Below, in pieces: positions 49,575 to 55,096 of a DNA stretch of 64,000 nucleotides. The stretch is from a virus (taxonomy: Duplodnaviria; Caudoviricetes): positions 64,001 to 128,000 of IMG/VR virus record IMGVR_UViG_3300028914_000059; one strand, written 5' to 3'. Made by a program: the position numbers and the translations under genes. The notes beneath the pieces are model-generated. The model saw only the letters and a list, made by a program, of their open reading frames with translations, was not told where the DNA came from and did not search any database. The number at the start of each line of letters is the position of its first letter. Position 1 is the first letter of the stretch.

Positions 49575-50199
49575 TTTTGATAAGATTCAGAAATTTATAG
49601 AAGGCAGGAGCAGATCCTATAATACAGATCTGTTCTATCGTGTAGAAATAAAGCGTCATAAATATGATTATCCTGATGAGAATACTGAATGGCGCAATCG
49701 CACTATCACAACGTTCTGTGTTGCTAATGCTAAGGATCTGTTAAATTTGAAACCACGTATAGTTGAAATCTGTGATAGAATGTCTGCCAGAGCCGGCATT
49801 AAGGTGAACAGGACCAGCTATATGGATGCAGCAATAGGTGCCATGCGCAGAATATTGCAGTGTTTCCCGTTATCTTCTGAAGGTGCTAAGTCCGCATGGG
49901 ATTTCTGTGCTATGACTCTGAACAGCGAAGAAAAGGATGACAGATACTGGATTACCTATGTGCCGAGCTCTAGTGTAATGTGGTCTAAGGATGAAGATGA
50001 GCTGATCAGTAATTTCATTGACCATACGCAGATTCATTCTACATTGGATAAAATATTTGTTCTGAATGACAGTGAAGGAGTTCAGATACTTCATCCCCAG
50101 TTCAGAATGAATCAGGCAACTGAAACGATTCATGACCTTAAGGAAGAAGGCAAACTGGTAAAGAACAGCAGTGCTCTTCTATACTATAAGGGAGATTGA
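49564..50199 (+). CDS. Conserved phage protein (MIDNF..FY.V.I.R.K family)
   Basis: Motif pattern recalled from large gut-phage hypothetical proteins; AGGAG SD. Confidence 0.65.
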   Translation: MIDNFDKIQKFIEGRSRSYNTDLFYRVEIKRHKYDYPDENTEWRNRTITTFCVANAKDLLNLKPRIVEICDRMSARAGIKVNRTSYMDAAIGAMRRILQCFPLSSEGAKSAWDFCAMTLNSEEKDDRYWITYVPSSSVMWSKDEDELISNFIDHTQIHSTLDKIFVLNDSEGVQILHPQFRMNQATETIHDLKEEGKLVKNSSALLYYKGD

Positions 50200-50263
50200 C
50201 AGTAATGGCAGGGGCATGGTAACATGTCCCTGTTCAATTTTTTTACCATATGGAGGCAATAAT

Positions 50264-50821
50264 ATGTTGATTGGACTGTGTGGATATGCCAGATCCGGGA
50301 AAGATACTGTGGCATCCATGATGCCTGGGTTTCTTCATCATTCTTTTGCTGCAAAGCTTAAAGAGGAAGTGTCCACTATGTTGAATTCTGTTGGTATAGA
50401 AGCTAATTTTAATAACGAAGATACAAAAGTAGCCCTTAGGCCATTTCTTGTGTTCTGGGGCGCATTTAAACGTAAAGAAATACCGCTTTACTGGGTGAAC
50501 GGAATGCAGACTCACCTTACACCACATGAAGATCACGTCATTACTGATGTCAGATATCTCAATGAAGCTCAGTGGATAAAGGAACATGACGGTGAAGTCT
50601 GGTATATAGACAGACCTGGGATCGGTCCTGCCAATGACGAAGAAGCAAAGAGCTTTGCTGAAATCTTCAGGGAATGTGCTGTAGGCCATAATATATTTGA
50701 CAGAGTTATCCATAATAGAGCAGATCTGGAATATCTGAAGGGTGTTGTAAAGATGGAAACGGAACTTGCCAAAGGACATGAGCGCAGAAGACTGGACCCC
50801 GAATATCGTGTAGATTTTTAA
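50264..50821 (+). CDS. Deoxynucleoside monophosphate kinase (T4 gp1-like)
   Basis: LIGLCGYARSGKDT P-loop, FAAKLKE, YWV, VITDVRYLNE, IHN. Confidence 0.88.
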   Translation: MLIGLCGYARSGKDTVASMMPGFLHHSFAAKLKEEVSTMLNSVGIEANFNNEDTKVALRPFLVFWGAFKRKEIPLYWVNGMQTHLTPHEDHVITDVRYLNEAQWIKEHDGEVWYIDRPGIGPANDEEAKSFAEIFRECAVGHNIFDRVIHNRADLEYLKGVVKMETELAKGHERRRLDPEYRVDF

Positions 50822-50829
50822 CGAACCCG

Positions 50830-50858
50830 TTGAATCATCATATAAATGATGGTATAAT
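50830..50858 (+). promoter_or_regulatory. Sigma70 promoter of the RNA array
   Basis: TTGAAT-17 nt-TATAAT with TG extended -10. Confidence 0.7.
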
Positions 50859-50865
50859 ATATTTG

Positions 50866-51088
50866 TAAACTTCCGGAACACGACATTAGCTGACGGGCTT
50901 GAAGCGATGTCAGGACCGAACCCATGATATCCTAGGTGACGATTATAATCATGGCAGTAGCTCCTGAAAGAACGGAAGAAACCGGTTGTTTAACGAGAGT
51001 GTCAATCTGCAAAGGCACTATAAACTGCACAGACTCAAGTGAGCCTATTATCGAGGCTTTGCAAAACGGGAGAGCAGAAGGAAGTTTA
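50866..51088 (+). ncRNA. Unassigned multibranch structured RNA (about 220 nt)
   Basis: Closing stem TAAACTTCC/GGAAGTTTA; internal helices GACATT/GATGTC, CCATGAT/ATCATGG, AGTGTC/GGCACT. Confidence 0.55.
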
Positions 51089-51123
51089 AATGCAGGTTTC
51101 ACCTTCACCAGAAACCTCTTAAT

Positions 51124-51197
51124 GGCAGGGTAGCTCAGATGGCTAGAGCACACGGTTCATACCCGTGATGTCGTGAGTTCGATTCTCACCCCTGCCA
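51124..51197 (+). tRNA. tRNA-Met(CAT), elongator-type
   Basis: GGCAGGG/CCCTGCC; CACGG-TTCATAC-CCGTG; canonical D and T arms; CCA not encoded. Confidence 0.92.
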
Positions 51198-51202
51198 TAT
51201 GT

Positions 51203-51415
51203 GTCCTGGCAGCCTAATGGGCAGGCGGCCATAAGCAGTCCACTATTTTTATCCATCCATTTGAAGCTCCATCTATATTGATTAAAACTTTAGTGGATTA
51301 GCAGGAAGATGTCAGTTCGAATCTGACATGCTCCACATCGGGGCTATAGACTAACTGGCAAGTCGTCCTACTTGCGTGCTTATGGTGAAAGCTGGTTCGA
51401 TACCAGTCCAGGACT
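51203..51415 (+). ncRNA. Double-headed tRNA-like RNA 1 (outer tRNA, inner permuted tRNA, third arm)
   Basis: GTCCTGG(51203)/CCAGGAC(51408); GCCATAAGCA/TGCTTATGGT; inner ATGCTCC-A/GGGGCTA; AGCAGGA/TCCTACT; two D arms and two TTCGA T arms. Confidence 0.85.
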
Positions 51416-51430
51416 TTCTTAATAATTTTC

Positions 51431-51515
51431 GGGTAGGTGCCGGAGTGGTTAATCGGAGCGGACTGTAAATCCGCTGGTCTAACGGTCTACGGTGGTTCGA
51501 ATCCACCCCTGCCCA
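51431..51515 (+). tRNA. tRNA-Tyr(GTA)
   Basis: GCGGA-CTGTAAA-TCCGC; long variable arm; A73. Confidence 0.92.
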
Positions 51516-51581
51516 TTTGATGGAGGGAAAAGGATACTACAAAGGCTAAGTTTGGAGTATCCTGGAACCTACATCAACAAA

Positions 51582-51729
51582 GAACCAGTAGCTCAAGTGG
51601 ATAGAGTATCCATGGAATCAGGAAGCAACGTGAGTTCGAATCTCACTGTCGTTGGTAACAAAACGACATGGCCAAGCGGCGAGGCACCTGTCGATTGGGA
51701 GGTTCTGGGTTCGAACCCCAGCTGGTTCA
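51582..51729 (+). ncRNA. Double-headed tRNA-like RNA 2
   Basis: Outer GAACCAG/CTGGTTC-A; inner TGTCGTT-G/AACGACA; connectors TCC/GGA and CAGG/CCTG; two D arms and two T arms. Confidence 0.85.
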
Positions 51730-51730
51730 A

Positions 51731-51876
51731 TGGTTATTTCTGGATGTGTCAAAGTGATACCCCTGTGTTCGATAGGATGCATACATCGGCATGGGTAGTA
51801 TAGCAGAAGACACAGGTTGCTGCAGCAACTACGTAGAGCCATAGTGCTCTTTGGGTAAAACCCACCAGGATAATCA
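51731..51876 (+). ncRNA. Unassigned multibranch structured RNA
   Basis: TGGTTATTTCTGG/CCAGGATAATCA closing stem; CCTGTGTT/GACACAGG; several short hairpins. Confidence 0.55.
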
Positions 51877-51879
51877 CCT

Positions 51880-51963
51880 GGAGGAATGTCCGAGTGGTCG
51901 ATGGTGAGAGTTTGCTAAACTCTTGGATCAAAAGTCCCGCAGGTTCGAATCCTGCTTCCTCCG
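51880..51963 (+). tRNA. tRNA-Ser(GCT)
   Basis: GGAGGAA/TTCCTCC-G; AGAGT-TTGCTAA-ACTCT; variable arm. Confidence 0.92.
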
Positions 51964-52079
51964 ATGATTATTGTTTGAGCAGTGTGCACTATGACAACAG
52001 CGGCGAAGTGTCAGGCTGAGACGTCAGCATTGTCCCAGTAGCCGGCATGAGTCATACATTGGCTGTTCATGCAATATGA

Positions 52080-52175
52080 GGACGACAGACCGAGTTGGAG
52101 AACGGGGAGGCTATTTAAGCCTCTGCTCATTTGGTAGATGAGCTATAGTGTGGTTCGAATCCACACTGTCGTCCT
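52080..52175 (+). tRNA. Atypical type-II tRNA-like RNA, anticodon undefined
   Basis: GGACGACA/TGTCGTCC; GAGG-CTATTTAAG-CCTC; 8-bp variable arm; 6-bp T stem. Confidence 0.6.
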
Positions 52176-52462
52176 TGACGGGTACAGCGGTACAGCCTAG
52201 GCCCTACACTAATGGATAAGAGTGCGCACTCTTGAGTGTATTATGGCCGGACGTAGAGTGGTTATCCTTCCCAATGAAAACGTCCCCTTGAGATTTTCGA
52301 CGGTTTGCTGGATGTGCCGGCCAGCATCATTTCCAACGCGGAACCCTGATCAGATTGCGTAAGTACGAAATGCGTTCACACAGAAAGAACACCGTTGGCT
52401 GGGTGTATGAGGTAGCGGTTGGCGCTACGTCTCGTGCCCAGCCTTCCTGCCCTGCAGGGATT

Positions 52463-52518
52463 AGACCTCCACGCGGGAGCTTAAGCCTTGTAAGCACCGT
52501 ACCATGTGGAGGCCGCTA
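52463..52518 (+). repeat. Structured motif copy 1 (AGCCTTG loop)
   Basis: AGACCTCCACGCGGGA...AGCCTTG...CCGTACCATGTGGAGGCCGCTA; second copy at 53934. Confidence 0.75.
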
Positions 52519-52519
52519 T

Positions 52520-52604
52520 GGGGCGGTAGTTGTAATGGTAGAACGTGCAGATAGATAATTCCGCGGTTGTCTGCAAGGTCGTGGTTCGATTCCACGTCGC
52601 CCAT
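52520..52604 (+). ncRNA. tRNA-like RNA with elongated anticodon arm and no 7-nt loop
   Basis: GGGGCGG/TCGCCCC-A; TGCAGATA/TGTCTGCA around 14 nt; CGTGG-TTCGATT-CCACG. Confidence 0.75.
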
Positions 52605-52625
52605 TTTCTGAAAAGGAGAATTACT

Positions 52626-53255
52626 ATGCCTAAACTTTGTGCAAAAATTGGCGGAGAAACATATAAGTTTGGTTTTAACGGGGGGGTACTTCAAGAAAAA
52701 ACTTTAAACCAAACTGTAAATGATGAAGCCACTGCTTACTTTATAGAGGCTTATAAGGTAACTAGTCATAATCCATGGCAAGCCATGAGTTATACTATAG
52801 CAAAAGATTTAAAGTATAATTGTCCTTGTAAATGTTACTTTAATGACTCAATGCTTATATGGACAGCTGGATGGAACAGAGACTTCTTTATTAGTGATAA
52901 AAATGTAAGCAATACGGTGAGCGAATATAGAGTCTATATAAAAATACCGAAGTTTATTGAAAACTGGGGGAGGCCTGATGCTGACACCTCTTTTATGCTT
53001 AGTGAAATATACTCCAGATGTGACAGGAATATAATATGTTCAACAGATGGTGATCCCATGCATGAGTTAGATATAGGTGATGATCATATAGCTAGAAGCT
53101 TACTGACAGACTGGACTAATTATATATTTGATGGTGACAGGGATTATTACATAGCATTTGTGATAGAGTTAGATACTACTCACTCCAACATTCACCTGTT
53201 TGTACCATCTTTTAAAGCGACATTTTACAGATATACAGGAAACTATATAGCATAA
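52626..53255 (+). CDS. Hypothetical protein (tandem duplicate A), possibly fibre-tip-like
   Basis: Start MPKLCAKIGG after AAGGAG; closely similar to 53281. Confidence 0.75.
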   Translation: MPKLCAKIGGETYKFGFNGGVLQEKTLNQTVNDEATAYFIEAYKVTSHNPWQAMSYTIAKDLKYNCPCKCYFNDSMLIWTAGWNRDFFISDKNVSNTVSEYRVYIKIPKFIENWGRPDADTSFMLSEIYSRCDRNIICSTDGDPMHELDIGDDHIARSLLTDWTNYIFDGDRDYYIAFVIELDTTHSNIHLFVPSFKATFYRYTGNYIA

Positions 53256-53280
53256 TCTATATAAAGGTAGGAGAATTACT

Positions 53281-53886
53281 GTGCCTAAACTTTGTGCAAA
53301 AATTGGTGGAGAAACATATAAGCTTGATTTTAACAGTGGGGTACTTCAGGAAAAAACTTTAAACCCAACTGTAAATGATGAAGCCACTGCTTACTTTATA
53401 AGGGCTTGGGGGGCGACTACTGGTCGGACTGTAGCAGAAGATTTAAAGTATAATTGTCCTTGTAAATGTTACTTTAATGACTCAATGCTTATATGGACAG
53501 CTGGATGGAACCAAAACTTCTTTATTAGTAATAAAAAGGTAAGCGATACGGCGCTAAAATATGAAGTTTGGATAAAAATACCTAAGTTTATTGAAAACTG
53601 GGGGAAACCTGATGATAGCACCTCTTTCATGTTTAGTGGAATATATTCCAGATATAATAGGAATATAATATGTTCAACAGATGGTGACCCTTTGCATGAG
53701 CTAGACATGGGTGATGACCATATAGAGAGAAGCTTAATGATAGACTGGACTAATTTTTTTGATGGAGACCATGATTATTACATACTATTCAGAGTAGAGT
53801 TAGATGGCACTCACTCCAACATTTACCTGTTTGTGCCATCTTTTAAAGTGACCTTTTATAGATATACAGGAACCTATCTAGCATAA
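53281..53886 (+). CDS. Hypothetical protein (tandem duplicate B)
   Basis: GTG start; shared GCATAATCTATATAAAGGTAGGAG junction. Confidence 0.75.
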   Translation: MPKLCAKIGGETYKLDFNSGVLQEKTLNPTVNDEATAYFIRAWGATTGRTVAEDLKYNCPCKCYFNDSMLIWTAGWNQNFFISNKKVSDTALKYEVWIKIPKFIENWGKPDDSTSFMFSGIYSRYNRNIICSTDGDPLHELDMGDDHIERSLMIDWTNFFDGDHDYYILFRVELDGTHSNIYLFVPSFKVTFYRYTGTYLA

Positions 53887-53933
53887 TCTATATAAAGGTA
53901 GGAGTTCAGCCTTGGAAATAAAGACTGCCAATC

Positions 53934-53986
53934 AGACCTCCACGCGGGAATCCAGCCTTGGGATCCGTACCATGTGGAGGCCGCTA
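53934..53986 (+). repeat. Structured motif copy 2 (AGCCTTG loop)
   Basis: Same flanks as copy 1; inner stem changed to ATCC/GGAT. Confidence 0.75.
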
Positions 53987-54141
53987 AATTAAAAGTGCCA
54001 AACGGGAAAGGCACTCTAAACATGGACACATCAACCATGGACCCGGTACCGGGTCCCAATGAAGCACCGCCAGAAATGGCTACGGCACTGGTTACAAAGC
54101 CGTAGTACCTGCCTCTCGAGCGCATGAGACAGGAACAAACT

Positions 54142-54292
54142 GAAGTAGAGGTAGGCTGGTAGCCCAGCTGGTTAAGGCACCCGGAGGAAAGTTAGCGGGG
54201 GATTATATTCCGTCACGCATTAGCTTTCTGCAAGGGAGATCAGGGGTTCGAGTCCCTTCCAGGCGACAAGACCGAAAGGTCCCCTCTACTTC
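54142..54292 (+). ncRNA. tRNA elbow embedded in a larger RNA
   Basis: Outer stem GAAGTAGAGG/CCTCTACTTC; D arm GCC-CAGCTGGTTAA-GGC; T arm AGGGG-TTCGAGT-CCCTT; anticodon arm replaced by long stem GGAAAGTTAG/TTAGCTTTCT. Confidence 0.7.
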
Positions 54293-54298
54293 TCTTTA

Positions 54299-54371
54299 GC
54301 CCCAATCGTCTAATATAATAGGATAACCGGCTTCTAGCCGGAGATGCGGTGAGAGTCCGCAAGGGGCGCCA
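54299..54371 (+). tRNA. Degenerate tRNA, anticodon TCT (Arg) on a Glu-like body
   Basis: GCCCC/GGGGC-G-CCA; CCGG-CTTCTAG-CCGG; D loop lacks GG; T loop TGAGAGT. Confidence 0.5.
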
Positions 54372-54372
54372 A

Positions 54373-54466
54373 GACGATTTATCCGAATTGGAAATAGGGG
54401 GAGGCTGTGAGCCTCCGGATATATGTTAATGTATATCCTGTGGTGGTTCGATTCCACCAGTCGTCA
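54373..54466 (+). tRNA. Type-II (long variable arm) tRNA with GTG (His) anticodon and A73
   Basis: GACGATT/AGTCGTC-A; GGAGG-CTGTGAG-CCTCC; variable arm GGATATAT/GTATATCC. Confidence 0.8.
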
Positions 54467-54470
54467 ATCT

Positions 54471-54541
54471 GGGTCGGTAACCAAGCGGTTAGGTGCTGCT
54501 CTGCAAAAGCAGCTAGATCAGTTCGACTCTGATCCGGCCCT
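54471..54541 (+). tRNA. tRNA-Cys(GCA)
   Basis: GGGTCGG/CCGGCCC-T; CTGCT-CTGCAAA-AGCAG; U73. Confidence 0.92.
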
Positions 54542-54598
54542 CTCATTTATTCATGAGATAAAATTTCTTTTCGTTGGCCAGCGCTGGCCAACATTTTT

Positions 54599-54760
54599 GA
54601 CTGCCTCGTCTAACGGATAAGACACAGGATGGGTTACGTAAAGGGTCATTTCTATCTCCTTAGTTTGATCTCAGAGTCTCATTCCTTCCTTTCATTAACG
54701 GTGTTTTTAGTCAAGTCAAGTTGCTCCGCCTGAATGCCGGTTCGAATCCGGCGGCAGTCT
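54599..54760 (+). ncRNA. tRNA scaffold with a 100-nt insert replacing the anticodon loop
   Basis: GACTGCC/GGCAGTC; GTCT/AGAC D arm; CAGG(54625)/CCTG(54729); GCCGG-TTCGAAT-CCGGC. Confidence 0.8.
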
Positions 54761-54895
54761 CTGGAGCCCGTATGAAATATGATGGGTTACCAATAAGGCA
54801 TGCTTCCGCCTGTAATGGGGCAGAGTATGTTTTAATTCGATGTCCTCCTTTTAAAAATTGTCATCGAGCATGCTGGGAAACTGGTATGCTCTTAC

Positions 54896-54979
54896 GCCCG
54901 GTTGGCGAAACTGGCAGACGCATATGATTCAGGTTCATATGTCCGCAAGGACGTGCGGGTTCGACCCCCGTGCCGGGTA
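54896..54979 (+). tRNA. tRNA-Leu(CAG)
   Basis: TATGA-TTCAGGT-TCATA; GTCC-GCAA-GGAC variable arm; A73. Confidence 0.92.
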
Positions 54980-55017
54980 CTGTTGTTTGTAGTAATCATT
55001 AAAAAACTCTATGCCTT

Positions 55018-55057
55018 GGTGCAGCTGTAATATTTTATTGCCGCTGCACTTTTTTTA
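55018..55057 (+). terminator. Intrinsic terminator closing the RNA array
   Basis: GGTGCAGC/GCTGCACT followed by a T tract. Confidence 0.65.
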
Positions 55058-55096
55058 TCTGTACATTTACGCTATAATATTAAAGAGGAGAGCACT

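Noticed and set aside
50866-51088. tmRNA or RNase P RNA
   Set aside because: A pseudoknot followed by ATAAACT-GCA is tmRNA-like, but there is no tRNA-like domain at the ends, the frame lacks an Ala-Ala-type tag end, and no GAGGAAAGTCC RNase P motif is present.
52463-52518. SAM-III riboswitch or pistol ribozyme
   Set aside because: Only the short GCCTTGTAA or TAAGCC words resemble them; the second copy lacks these and the other required elements are missing.
54629-54728. Group I intron in a tRNA anticodon loop
   Set aside because: Only 100 nt with no recognisable catalytic core; I could not reconstruct a standard 7-nt loop by excision.
50932-54927. Short ORFs over the RNA array, including the 27-aa N-terminal extension at 52545
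   Set aside because: They overlap tRNA or tRNA-like structures; the SD-supported start is 52626.
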